From Myxococcota bacterium (lineage in GTDB: Bacteria; Myxococcota_A; UBA9160; UBA4427): a DNA stretch of 64,000 nt. The stretch is taken from NCBI GenBank assembly GCA_965250285.1, contig OZ252299.1:1120001-1184000 (forward strand), written 5' to 3'. The notes below the pieces were generated by a model, which did no database searches, was not told where the DNA came from, and saw only the letters and a list, made by a program, of their open reading frames with translations. A program made the position numbers and the translations under genes. This document shows, piece by piece, positions 22,313 to 31,947 of the stretch; positions within the stretch are counted from its first letter, which is position 1, and each line of letters starts with the position of its first letter.

Positions 22313-22579
22313 TCAGAGAACGTAGAGGATTCGATCGTGACCCGAGAGGGCTCGGTAGACGTCGTCGAGCTGCTCGCGGCTGCGTGCCGTGAACGTGACG
22401 GTCACCGAGCGGAACCGGCCGTTGCGGCTCTCTTTCGAATCGACCTCGGCGTCTTCGAAATCGTCGATCAGTGGCTGAATCAGTGAGACGACGAGCTCGG
22501 TGAACGAATCCTCCGACTTCCCCATGGCTTTCACGGGAAAGCGCATGGGGAAGCGGAGGGGATCTTCGGGCTCGGTCAT
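22313..22579 (-). CDS. ybeD: DUF493 / YbeD family protein
   Basis: FP..FPVKAMG, SRNGRFRSVTV, QLDDVYRAL. Confidence 0.85.
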   Translation of the reverse strand: MTEPEDPLRFPMRFPVKAMGKSEDSFTELVVSLIQPLIDDFEDAEVDSKESRNGRFRSVTVTFTARSREQLDDVYRALSGHDRILYVL

Positions 22580-22624
22580 CGTGTGGTGTCGCTCGTCGAC
22601 AGGGTGGGCGGCCCAACAGACCGG

Positions 22625-23752
22625 TCACACGCGATAGATGGCGCCCATCTTCTGTCGGTTCTCGTTGATGTCGCGCAGCACCTCGGTGGCTGCATCGGCC
22701 ACCTCGATCCCGGCCACCTCATCGTCCTCGGCCTTGAGCTCGTCCATGTCGACCCAGTTCGCGTACACGTGCTTCGTGCGGTCGGTGATGATGCCCGCCT
22801 TCAGCAGGGTCTTGATGAGCACCCGGAAGATGTTGGTGTTGTTGGTCATGTCCTGGCGGCGGTCTTCCTCGGTGAATGCTTCGAGCACCGCGCCGCGCAC
22901 CTCGCGCCAGTCGAGGCCGAACTCGCCATAGATGCCCTGCTTCTGCTCGCTGTTCACGAGGTTGAAGAGCAGGATCTGGAAGACCTCGGCCGACCAGTCC
23001 TCGACGAAGATCGCCTCTTCTTCGTCGAGCTTCGGGATCGTGCGGTCGGCCCAGATCTTTCCGAACTTGTGGTGGCCGGCCTCGTCGGCCATCGTGAACT
23101 GGATCAGCCGCTTGAGCAGCGGGTCGTAGGTCTCACGCTGGATCGTCGCGAAGGCACCCATCGCGAGGCCCTCGATCATCATCTGCATGCCGATCAGCTT
23201 CTTGTAGACCGCGGGCGAGCGGATGATGTCGGTCAAGAAGTGGCGCACCGTCGCGCCCGACTCGACCGGGGTCCCCCACCGAGCCTTGACGTAGTTGCTG
23301 AAGCCCGCGACGTGGCGCGCCTCTTCGCGGGTCTGGTTCGCGGCGTATTCCTGGCTGCCCGGGTCGCGCAGAATCGACGTCAGGCTGGCCGACAGCGACA
23401 GCGCACCCTGCTCGCCGTGCAGAAGCGTCGACACGATGAAGCGCGTGTTCTGGTTCGCCAGGCGAATCTTCTGCTGCTCGTCGAGCTTGTCTGCGATCGA
23501 CGTTTGCAGCTCGATGCAGAACTCGGCCGGCATGATGAGCTGCTCTTCGAGGTTCATCGTGTGCGCATCGAAGTCGAGGTAGCGCTTGTCGTTCGGGTCC
23601 CAGAAGTGATCGACGGTTGCCGAGATGATCTCGTCGAACGCATCGGTCCGCTCCGCGTAGCGATCGACCGCGATCAACGGGTCGAAGTCATCGCGATCGA
23701 CGATGTTGTAGATCGGGTCGTAGGTGATGTGTCGTTCGGTGGGGGCGGACAT
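22625..23752 (-). CDS. Ferritin-like di-iron carboxylate protein
   Basis: HGEQGAL, EEARH, IEGLAMGAF, DEAGH (two ExxH motifs). Confidence 0.85.
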   Translation of the reverse strand: MSAPTERHITYDPIYNIVDRDDFDPLIAVDRYAERTDAFDEIISATVDHFWDPNDKRYLDFDAHTMNLEEQLIMPAEFCIELQTSIADKLDEQQKIRLANQNTRFIVSTLLHGEQGALSLSASLTSILRDPGSQEYAANQTREEARHVAGFSNYVKARWGTPVESGATVRHFLTDIIRSPAVYKKLIGMQMMIEGLAMGAFATIQRETYDPLLKRLIQFTMADEAGHHKFGKIWADRTIPKLDEEEAIFVEDWSAEVFQILLFNLVNSEQKQGIYGEFGLDWREVRGAVLEAFTEEDRRQDMTNNTNIFRVLIKTLLKAGIITDRTKHVYANWVDMDELKAEDDEVAGIEVADAATEVLRDINENRQKMGAIYRV

Positions 23753-23810
23753 CGGTGGATCACTCCTGCTGTGACGTCTTCAAGACGTCCTGGATCGTTC
23801 GACGCCGTGG

Positions 23811-24476
23811 CTACTCGTCGTCGTCGTTCTGGGCGCGTTCGAAAGCGGGGTACGTGCCGCGCAGCTGGATGCGCGTGAGCGTCTCGATGACGGTCTCGCG
23901 CGAGGCACGGGTCGGGTCTTCGGCCCACCACGCGATCACGCGAGCCCACATGCCGACGAGGGCCTGCGAGACGACTTCGGGATCGAGCAGGTCGGAAAGC
24001 TGACCGCTCGCGATGAACTGGCGACGTACGTCGGCCACCGAGCGAGCCAGTCGGTCGAGCACGTCGTGCTCGACCTGCGCCGACTCGGCGTCGCCGCTGA
24101 AGACGACGCGAATCATGTCGCGGTTGTCCTCGGCGAAGTCGATCAGGGCGGTGGCGTGCGCGCGCAAGCGTTCGGGGAGCGGGGCGGCCTCGTTGCGCGC
24201 GCGCTCCACTCGCCGGTTCAGCTCGTCCACTGCGGCATCGACCAGCTCACGAAAGAGCGCGTGCTTGTCGCTGAAGTGGTTGTAGAACGTGCCGGCGGCC
24301 ACGCCCGCATGGGCGGCGATGTCGTGTGTCGTCACCTTGTGCAGGCCCTGCTGGGCGAAGAGTGCCTGGCCACTCTCGAGCAGCCGCTGGCGCGTGGCCG
24401 CGCGCGCGCGCGCGGCCACGGTCTGGCGACCGGCGGCGGGGGCGTCGCTCGGGCTGTCCGATCCGGTGACATTCAT
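23811..24476 (-). CDS. TetR/AcrR family regulator
   Basis: TRQRLLESG..LFAQQG...DIAAHAGVAAGTFYNHFSDK. Confidence 0.9.
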   Translation of the reverse strand: MNVTGSDSPSDAPAAGRQTVAARARAATRQRLLESGQALFAQQGLHKVTTHDIAAHAGVAAGTFYNHFSDKHALFRELVDAAVDELNRRVERARNEAAPLPERLRAHATALIDFAEDNRDMIRVVFSGDAESAQVEHDVLDRLARSVADVRRQFIASGQLSDLLDPEVVSQALVGMWARVIAWWAEDPTRASRETVIETLTRIQLRGTYPAFERAQNDDDE

Positions 24477-24499
24477 GTCAGTCGGTGACAGTATCGTCA
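24467..24499. promoter_or_regulatory. Two tandem TGAC-N6-GTCA palindromes (putative TetR operator) overlapping a minus-strand -10 (TACTGT)
   Basis: tgacattcatgtca 24467-24480 and tgacagtatcgtca 24486-24499 at the tetR start. Confidence 0.65.
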
Positions 24500-24642
24500 G
24501 TCCGAAGCGGCAGCAAGAGACCTCGTTCGCCCGCATGCACGGCTCGACCCGCGTCTCGATTCCCCTCGGGGCGGTGGGCGTCGCTCGTTCGATCGCGCAT
24601 CGTTCGGTCGGTCCCCGACGATGCGGGCCCGAGGAACGCACG

Positions 24643-25104
24643 ATGGCTTCGATCCGGACCGCGGTGAAGGCGCTGATCCTGCGCGAGGGGCGGCTGTTGG
24701 TGAACCACTGCCGCAACGCCGGCGGCGAGTACTACGCGCTGCCGGGGGGCGGTCAGCGGGTCGGCGAGCCGGCCGACGAGGCCCTCGTGCGCGAGTGTCG
24801 TGAAGAGATCGGCGTGACCGTCGAAGTCGGGCCGCTGTGTTTCGTCCGAGATCACATCGTCGCCCACCACACGCACTCGTACGTCACCGAGTCACCGCAT
24901 CAGCTCGAACTGCTCTTCGCGTGCACGCTGCGACCGGGTGAAGAGCCGCGGCTCGGACCCGAGCCCGATGCGCAGCAGCTCGGCGTCGTTTGGCTCGGCG
25001 CAGACGAGCTCGCTCGGGTGACGGTCAAGCCGTCGTGGCTCGTCGACGTCGTTCGGGTCGGTGGGATCGGCTCTCTGTCGGTGTACCAGGGGGATCGAGA
25101 CTGA
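24643..25104 (+). CDS. NUDIX hydrolase
   Basis: LPGGGQRVGEPADEALVRECREEIG Nudix box. Confidence 0.9.
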   Translation: MASIRTAVKALILREGRLLVNHCRNAGGEYYALPGGGQRVGEPADEALVRECREEIGVTVEVGPLCFVRDHIVAHHTHSYVTESPHQLELLFACTLRPGEEPRLGPEPDAQQLGVVWLGADELARVTVKPSWLVDVVRVGGIGSLSVYQGDRD

Positions 25105-25119
25105 GCCGTTCGAGGGGAC

Positions 25120-26313
25120 TCAGCGGTCGACGGTCTGCGCCATGCGCTCGACCACCTCGTCGAGGATCGACTTCGACGTGGCGAAGTTGATCCGCGCGAA
25201 GTCGCGGTAGCCGGTGCCGAACGAGCGCCCGTCGGTGAGCGCGACGCGCCCCTGCTCCCGAAAGCGAGCGGCGGGCGAGCCGTCGAGGCCGAGCGGCGCG
25301 AAGTCGACCCACGTGAGGTAGGTGCCTTCGGGTACGCTGGGATCGAGCTCGGGGAAGCGCTTGCGCAGCAGGCCGTCGAGGTAGCGGCGATTCTCGTCGA
25401 GCACGTCGACGATCACGTCGAGCCACGCGTCGCCGTCGCGCCACGCTGCGACGGTCGCTTCGAGGCCGAGCATGCCCAGGCCACCGCGCACGCGCCGCGG
25501 AACGTGGCCCAGGAACCGCTTCTGCAGGCCGGGCGACCCGAAGTGTGCGACGGCGCAGCGCAGCCCGGGCGTGTTGAACGACTTGCTGGCCGAATTGAAC
25601 GTGACTGTACGCGCCTCGACTTCGGGCGCGAGGCTCGCGAACGGAACATGGCGCCGACCGTCGAAGACCAGGTCGGCGTGGATCTCGTCGGCCAGGACGA
25701 CGACGTCGTGGCGCAGCACCAGCTCGGCCATGTGCTCGAGCTCGCCGCGATCGAAGACGCGACCGGTCGGGTTCTGCGGATGGCAGAGCAGCAGCGTACG
25801 CGCGCCCCCGACGAGCGCGCGCTCGAGGTCGTCCCAGTCGATCTCCCAACGCGCGCCCCGGCGCACCAGGTGGTTCTCGACGAGCAGCCGCCCCGACTCG
25901 CGCACGGCCTTGAGGAAGGGGGGATACACCGGTGTCTGCGCCACGACTTCGCTGCCCGGCTCGGAGAGACAGTCGAGGCCGATGAACAGGCCTTGCATGA
26001 CGTCGGCCATGACCTCGACGCGCTCGAAGTCGACGTGCCAGCCGAAGCGGTCCGCCATGCGAGAAGCGAAGGCCTCGCGGACGCCCGTCGCGTTCGGGTT
26101 CAGTGGGTAGCCGAGATCCTCGAGCTCGATCGCGCGCTCGAGCACGCGGCGCACCGGCTCACAGAGGGGGAAGTCCATCTCGGCCACCCAGGCCGGAAGG
26201 ATGTCTGCGTCGAAGGTGTTCCACTTCTCACTCGGCCTCTGGGCGAGCACCTCGGGCTCGAGCGCATCGATCGCCGCGCGCAGCTTCGCTTCGGGGTCGG
26301 CGGCCTCGGTCAT
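25120..26313 (-). CDS. PatB/MalY-type PLP-dependent C-S lyase (cystathionine beta-lyase)
   Basis: WVAEMDF, CHPQNPTG, DEIHAD, SASKSFN, PEGTYLTW. Confidence 0.92.
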   Translation of the reverse strand: MTEAADPEAKLRAAIDALEPEVLAQRPSEKWNTFDADILPAWVAEMDFPLCEPVRRVLERAIELEDLGYPLNPNATGVREAFASRMADRFGWHVDFERVEVMADVMQGLFIGLDCLSEPGSEVVAQTPVYPPFLKAVRESGRLLVENHLVRRGARWEIDWDDLERALVGGARTLLLCHPQNPTGRVFDRGELEHMAELVLRHDVVVLADEIHADLVFDGRRHVPFASLAPEVEARTVTFNSASKSFNTPGLRCAVAHFGSPGLQKRFLGHVPRRVRGGLGMLGLEATVAAWRDGDAWLDVIVDVLDENRRYLDGLLRKRFPELDPSVPEGTYLTWVDFAPLGLDGSPAARFREQGRVALTDGRSFGTGYRDFARINFATSKSILDEVVERMAQTVDR

Positions 26314-26756
26314 GCTCGCAGGCTCCCGGCCGCCGCGAACCACGCGCGGAGCTTCGCCTCGATGTCGTCGCGGACCGACCGAAACGACTCGAGTCGGGCG
26401 GCTTCGTCGCCGTCGGCCGATGCGGGGTCGGGATGCGGCCAGTGCAGCCGATCGACGTCGCCAGCGAAGACGGGACAGACCTCTTCGGCACACAGCGTGA
26501 CCACGTGGGTGACGCGTTCGACTGCGATCGCGTCGACGCCCTTGCTGACCTGGTCGGTCGCGTCGATGCCGCGCTCGGCCAGGACCTGCACGGCCTCGGG
26601 GCGAACCTCGCCGGGCTCGCTGCCTGCGCTCGCGACGTCGACGCCGGGCGGCGCGAGCCGACGCGCCAGCCCTTCTGCGAGTTGGCTGCGCGCCGAGTTC
26701 GCGACGCACATGAACAGCACGAGATCGCCGGCCTCGACGGGGCGCGGTTCAGGCAT
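26310..26756 (-). CDS. arsC: Thioredoxin-type arsenate reductase / LMW-PTP family
   Basis: FMCVANSARSQLAE, TLCAEEVCP, HWPHPDP. Confidence 0.82.
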   Translation of the reverse strand: MPEPRPVEAGDLVLFMCVANSARSQLAEGLARRLAPPGVDVASAGSEPGEVRPEAVQVLAERGIDATDQVSKGVDAIAVERVTHVVTLCAEEVCPVFAGDVDRLHWPHPDPASADGDEAARLESFRSVRDDIEAKLRAWFAAAGSLRA

Positions 26757-27927
26757 CGCCGCCGTCTCCTTCTTCGCCCGCGAGCCCGAACTCTGCGAGC
26801 AGGGCGTCGCGGTGGGCGTCGAGTGCCGGGGCCGCGCCGCCGGGCGGCGGCGCGAAGCCCGAGAGCTTGATCGGCTGGCCGGCGACGCGCATGGGCTTGC
26901 CCGCCGGTGTTCTGGCTTCGCTCACCATGTCGCGTGCCCGCACCTGGGGGTGCTCGAGCACCTGCGCGACGTTCTGGATCGGACCGCAAGGGATCTCGGC
27001 CGCCTCGAGGCGCGCGAGCCAAGTTTCGGCGGGTTCGGTGATCAACACAGACTCGATCTCGTCGCGCAGGCGCGCTTCGTGTTCGGCGCGGCCGGCGTTG
27101 TCGGCGAACGCGGGGTCGGCTGCGAGTCCGGGCCGGCCGATGCAGGTGCAGAGCCGTTCGAACAGAGCATCGTTGCCGGCCGCGATCACGATCGGGTGAT
27201 CGAGGGTGTCGAACGCACGAAACGGCGCGATCGATGGATGTCTCGAGCCGATCGGACCCGGCACATCGCCCGTCGTCTCGTAGCGGGCGATGGCGTTCTC
27301 GAGCAGCGCGACCTGGCAGTCGAGCATCGCGACGTCGAGATGCCTTCCCTCACCGCTGCGCGCGCGCTCGTGCAGCGCCGTCAGCACGCCGATGGCGGTG
27401 AAGAGGCCCGCTGCGATGTCGCCGATCGAGCTGCCGACGCGCGTCGGCGAACCGCCTGGCTCGCCGGTGAGGCTCATCAAGCCCCCCATCGCCTGGGCGA
27501 TCAGGTCGTACGAGGGGCGCGTCGAGAGCGGGCCGGTCTGACCGAAGCCCGAGGTCGACGCGAGGATCAAGCGTGGGTGCCGCGCATGCAGGTCGGCCCA
27601 GCCGTAGCCCAGCCGTTCGAGGGTGCCGGGCCGGTAGTTCTCGACGAGGACGTCGGCGCGCTCGAGCAGCGCATCGAAGATCTGCCGGTCTGCCTCGTCC
27701 TTCAGGTCGAGGGCGATGCTCTCCTTGCCACGATTGATCGACGTGAAGTAGGCCGATTCGCCCTCGACGAAGGGGCCGATCGCGCGCGCATCGTCGCCCT
27801 GGCCCGGGCGCTCGACCTTGATGATCCGAGCCCCGAGATCGCGCAGCAGCTGCGTGCAGAAGGGCCCGGCGAGGACGCGGGTGAGGTCGACCACGACGAC
27901 ATCTGAAAGCGGACCGGAAGCAGGCAT
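26749..27927 (-). CDS. CaiB/BaiF family (class III) CoA-transferase
   Basis: DLTRVLAGP, NRGKESIALDLK, ENYRPG, SGFGQTGP. Confidence 0.93.
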   Translation of the reverse strand: MPASGPLSDVVVVDLTRVLAGPFCTQLLRDLGARIIKVERPGQGDDARAIGPFVEGESAYFTSINRGKESIALDLKDEADRQIFDALLERADVLVENYRPGTLERLGYGWADLHARHPRLILASTSGFGQTGPLSTRPSYDLIAQAMGGLMSLTGEPGGSPTRVGSSIGDIAAGLFTAIGVLTALHERARSGEGRHLDVAMLDCQVALLENAIARYETTGDVPGPIGSRHPSIAPFRAFDTLDHPIVIAAGNDALFERLCTCIGRPGLAADPAFADNAGRAEHEARLRDEIESVLITEPAETWLARLEAAEIPCGPIQNVAQVLEHPQVRARDMVSEARTPAGKPMRVAGQPIKLSGFAPPPGGAAPALDAHRDALLAEFGLAGEEGDGGDA

Positions 27928-28136
27928 CCGCCAAAGGTACCGCGAGGTGGAGGGGTGGCCGCTGCGCCGCGCACGATTCGGCGCAGCGCCGGTCTCTTTC
28001 GCCACTCGATGGATGTATCTCGCGTCACGACACTCGAACCACTCGGGCTGAGGTCGCCAGGCGCTATCCTGCCGCCGCATCGAGTGACGACTCGGCCGCA
28101 TCCGCATCCAAGAACCGTGGGAGAGTGGGAGAAACG

Positions 28137-29540
28137 ATGACTTCGGCTTCGTACGACGTGGTGGTGATCGGTGGGGGACCGGGGGGCTACCCGGCGGCCA
28201 TCCGCGCGCGCCAGCTCGGCCTCTCGGTCGCGCTCGTCGAGCGCGAACACCTCGGAGGGATCTGTCTCAACTGGGGCTGTATCCCGACGAAGGCGCTGCT
28301 GCGCTCGGCCGAGGTTGCGCACACCCTCGACCGGCTCGACGAGTTCGGCTTTTCGGCCGAAGGCATCCAGGTGGACTTCGATCAGGTGATCAAGCGCTCG
28401 CGCAAGGTGGCCAAGCGGCTCACCACCGGCGTCACGGGGCTGCTCAAGAAGAACCAGGTCGACGTCATCGACGGCCACGGCCGCCTCGACGGCGGTGGCC
28501 GCGTCGTGGTCGAGAAGGACGGCGCGCAGGTCGCCGACCTGACGGCGCGCCACATCGTGCTCTCGACCGGTGCGCGCGCCCGCGTGCTGCCGGGGCTCGA
28601 ACCCGATGGCGATCGCGTGTGGACCTACAAGGAGGCGATGGTGCCCGAGAGCCTGCCCGCCTCGGTGCTCGTGATCGGCTCGGGCGCGATCGGCATGGAG
28701 TTCGCCAGCTTCTACCGCGATCTCGGCACCGAGGTGACGGTCGTCGAAACACTGCCGCGGATCCTGCCCGTCGAAGATCACGAGATCTCGGCCGCGGCGG
28801 CCAAGCAGTTCAAGCGCCGCAAGATCGCGATGCATACGAGCGCCACCGTGTCGGCGCTCGACCGCAAGCCCGACGGCGTGACGGCGACGATCGAGCCCGA
28901 GTCGGGAGAGCCGATCCAGCTGACCGTCGACCGCGTGATCCTCGCCGTCGGCATCACCGGCAACGTCGAAGACCTCGGTCTCGAAGGCACGGGCGTGCAG
29001 GTCGATCGGGGGCACGTGGTGACCGACGAGTGGGGCCGCACGGGCGAGCCGGGCATCTACGCGATCGGCGACGTCGCCGGGCCGCCGTGGCTCGCGCACA
29101 AGGCAACCCACGAAGGCGTGATTGCGGCCGAGCACATCGCCGGTGTGCCCGGAATGCACCCGATGGACAAGGCCAAGATCCCGGGCTGCACCTATTGCCG
29201 GCCGCAGATCGCGAGCGTCGGCCTGCGGGAGCACGAGGCGGCCGAGGCCGGTCGTGAGGTGCGGATCGGGCGCTTCCCGTTCGTGGGCAACGGCAAGGCG
29301 ATCGCGCTCGGCGAGAGCGACGGGCTGGTCAAGACGATCTTCGACGCGAAGACGGGCGAGCTGCTCGGGGCGCACATGATCGGTGCCGAGGTGACGGAGC
29401 TGATCCAGGGCTTCGTCGTGGCGATGAACCTCGAGACGACCGAAGCCGAGCTGATGCACACCGTCTTCGCGCATCCGACGCTCAGTGAAATGATGCACGA
29501 GTCGGTCCTCGAAGCGTACGACCGAGCGATCCACATCTGA
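28137..29540 (+). CDS. lpdA: Dihydrolipoamide dehydrogenase (E3)
   Basis: GGGPGG, GGICLNWGCIPTK, GSGAIGMEF, AHPTLSE. Confidence 0.96.
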   Translation: MTSASYDVVVIGGGPGGYPAAIRARQLGLSVALVEREHLGGICLNWGCIPTKALLRSAEVAHTLDRLDEFGFSAEGIQVDFDQVIKRSRKVAKRLTTGVTGLLKKNQVDVIDGHGRLDGGGRVVVEKDGAQVADLTARHIVLSTGARARVLPGLEPDGDRVWTYKEAMVPESLPASVLVIGSGAIGMEFASFYRDLGTEVTVVETLPRILPVEDHEISAAAAKQFKRRKIAMHTSATVSALDRKPDGVTATIEPESGEPIQLTVDRVILAVGITGNVEDLGLEGTGVQVDRGHVVTDEWGRTGEPGIYAIGDVAGPPWLAHKATHEGVIAAEHIAGVPGMHPMDKAKIPGCTYCRPQIASVGLREHEAAEAGREVRIGRFPFVGNGKAIALGESDGLVKTIFDAKTGELLGAHMIGAEVTELIQGFVVAMNLETTEAELMHTVFAHPTLSEMMHESVLEAYDRAIHI

Positions 29541-29585
29541 GCGAAGCGACTTGATGGCCCCGCCTCGACACCCGAGCGAACGCGT

Positions 29586-30593
29586 ATGAGTGATCTGCTT
29601 CAGATCGATGGTGCGAAGCCCGCAGCGCCGCGTGCGCCGAAGCCGCCTTGGCTCAAGGTGCGACTGCGGCAATCAGAGGGGCTCGACGAGACCCGTGCGC
29701 TCGTGCGAGAGCTCGGGCTGAACACGGTCTGCGAAGAGGCGGCGTGCCCGAATCTCGCCGAGTGCTGGGCGTCGAAGCACGCGACCGTGATGATCCTTGG
29801 TCGGGTGTGCACGCGGGCGTGCGCGTTCTGCAACGTCGATACGGGTCTGCCCGAGCCGGGCGTCGACGATGACGAGCCGGCCCACGTCGCTGAGGCGGCG
29901 GCGCGGCTCGGCCTCGAGCACGTGGTGATCACCAGCGTCGATCGCGACGATCTGTCCGATGGCGGCTCGCAGCACTTCGTCCACTGCATCGACGCGGTGC
30001 GCGAGCGCTCACCCGGCACGACGATCGAGGTGTTGACGCCCGACTTCCGACGCAAGGCCGGGGCGCTCGAACGGGTCGCGGCCGCTCGCCCCGACGTCTA
30101 CAACCACAACCTCGAGACCGTCCCGTCGCTCTACCGCCGGATCCGCCCCGGCGCGAACTACCGGCATTCGCTGGCCATCCTGCGACTCGCGAAGCAGGTC
30201 GAGCCGACGCTCTTCACGAAGTCGGGCATCATGCTGGGGCTCGGCGAGACGCGGGACGAAGTGCTGGCGCTGATGGACGACCTGCGTGCCCACGACGTCG
30301 ATTTCGTGACGATTGGCCAGTACCTGCGACCGACGCCGCGCCATGCGCCCGTCGATCGGTACGTCGAGCCCGATGAGTTCGAAACCCTCGCAGAGGAGGC
30401 ACGGCGCCGCGGCTTCCTGCTCGTCGCGTCCTCCCCGTTCACGCGGTCGTCGTACCACGCAGGCGCCGACTTCGCGCGGCTTCAGGCCGCGCGGCGGGCT
30501 CGGATCGCGGGCGGCGCCGAGGCTCCGAAGCCCGGTTCGGGCGCGACCGGCGCCGCGGCTCCGAAGTCGGGTTCGGGCGCGACCGGGATCTGA
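29586..30593 (+). CDS. lipA: Lipoyl synthase
   Basis: [34 protein letters not shown]. Confidence 0.97.
   Translation: MSDLLQIDGAKPAAPRAPKPPWLKVRLRQSEGLDETRALVRELGLNTVCEEAACPNLAECWASKHATVMILGRVCTRACAFCNVDTGLPEPGVDDDEPAHVAEAAARLGLEHVVITSVDRDDLSDGGSQHFVHCIDAVRERSPGTTIEVLTPDFRRKAGALERVAAARPDVYNHNLETVPSLYRRIRPGANYRHSLAILRLAKQVEPTLFTKSGIMLGLGETRDEVLALMDDLRAHDVDFVTIGQYLRPTPRHAPVDRYVEPDEFETLAEEARRRGFLLVASSPFTRSSYHAGADFARLQAARRARIAGGAEAPKPGSGATGAAAPKSGSGATGI
30513..30586. repeat. 36-bp in-frame tandem duplication at the lipA 3' end
   Basis: encodes [12 protein letters not shown] / [12 protein letters not shown]. Confidence 0.85.
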
Positions 30594-30697
30594 GCGCCCC
30601 CGTCGCCATCCCGCCAGGCCACGTCGCTGGACGTCCTCGACCGGGCGCCGGGCAGTCTCCGCTCAGGCCGATCGCGCGGCGCGCCGAAACGTTCGGT

Positions 30698-31198
30698 ATG
30701 CGCACCCTCATCGCCCTCTCGGCGTTCTTCGTCGTCGTCTCCGGCGGCCTCGTGATCACCCTCGAAGGTCCCAAGCACATCCCGGCCATTGCCGAGATCA
30801 TGCCCGGCGTCGAGGCTGCATCGGAGCACAAGGTGTTGGTCTTCCTCGTCGGCGACAGCCAGGGGGTGGACACCGTGCGCCACTCGGTCGATCCCCGGCG
30901 CATCGTCTGGTCGAGCCCCGAGGCGGTCGCGTTGAAGGAGGGCCGGATCGTCGCGGCCGGCCAGCACGCGGTGGGCGAGCCGATCAAGCAAGCGGGATGG
31001 ATGGATCGCGAGATCGAGATCTTCACGGTCGCGAAGCGCGATCTCTTGCCCGCCAAGGGCGGCGCCAGCGACGGCGAGGGCGTGGAGGTCGACCCCGAGC
31101 GCATGGCCCGTCTTCAGGAGCTCGTGAACAAGCCGACGCTCACCTACGGTGAGCAGCTGTTCGTGCTTCAGGCGATGAACGACGGCATCTCGTTCTAG
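30698..31198 (+). CDS. Hypothetical protein with N-terminal signal/TM segment
   Basis: 166 aa, host-like codon usage, hydrophobic N-terminus; no motif recognised. Confidence 0.7.
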   Translation: MRTLIALSAFFVVVSGGLVITLEGPKHIPAIAEIMPGVEAASEHKVLVFLVGDSQGVDTVRHSVDPRRIVWSSPEAVALKEGRIVAAGQHAVGEPIKQAGWMDREIEIFTVAKRDLLPAKGGASDGEGVEVDPERMARLQELVNKPTLTYGEQLFVLQAMNDGISF

Positions 31199-31727
31199 GC
31201 GCAGACTCGTCGATCCCGGGCGCCCCAAGGCAGGGCGGTTGAACGGGCGCAACGGACCCGACCGATTCAGCCCCGCTCGCGCGCGGCCGCAGTCGCCGTG
31301 CCCAGGGCAGACTCGAACCTCTTCCCCTCGGGTTGACCGCTCCAGGCTTCACCCACGCTCTCCAGTCTGACGCGCATCTGCCTGATTCCACGGCAGAACT
31401 GGGCTCGACTGGGCCGAGCCGTCTCGTCTGTGCGGTCTTGCGGATTTCTGCACGTTCCGTACGTCGACCCGTACAAGCGGACGAAGTCTCTGATCGAACG
31501 CGTGCCTTCTGCGCCGAGTACGAATGGAGCGTGAGGTGGTCGGCGCTTCGATCATCGCGGTCGAGGTGATTTGCGAGCCGAGCACGGCCCCGCTGCTCGG
31601 CGCCGGCCTCATCGGTCTCCCGCTCCGACGCCGCTCCGTCTGAGGCCAGCTGCGCCGCCCGCTCACGAGCGGGCGCTCGACACAGGGGGTTCTCGACCTG
31701 GCGGTGGCTCTCGCGTAACGCGCACGA

Positions 31728-31947
31728 GCGCGCGCGTGCGGTTCAGCCGCGTTGTTTCAGCTGGCTCTGGTCGCGGTACCAGTCGATCGTGTCCTCGGCG
31801 CGCGCGCGCGGTTCAGCCGCGTTGTTTCAGCTGGCTCTGGTCGCGGTACCAGTCGATCGTGTCCTCGGCGCGCGCGTGCGGTTCAGCCGCGTTGTTTCAG
31901 CTGGCTCTGGTCGCGGTACCAGTCGATCGTGTCCTCGGCGCGCGCGC
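31728..31947. repeat. 70-bp near-perfect triple tandem repeat of the DUF482 gene 3' end
   Basis: gttcagccgc...gtcctcggcg units at 31741, 31811, 31881; one variable base. Confidence 0.97.

Noticed and set aside
31728..31947. Possible CRISPR array
   Set aside because: Contiguous identical units with no spacers, derived from CDS; no cas genes
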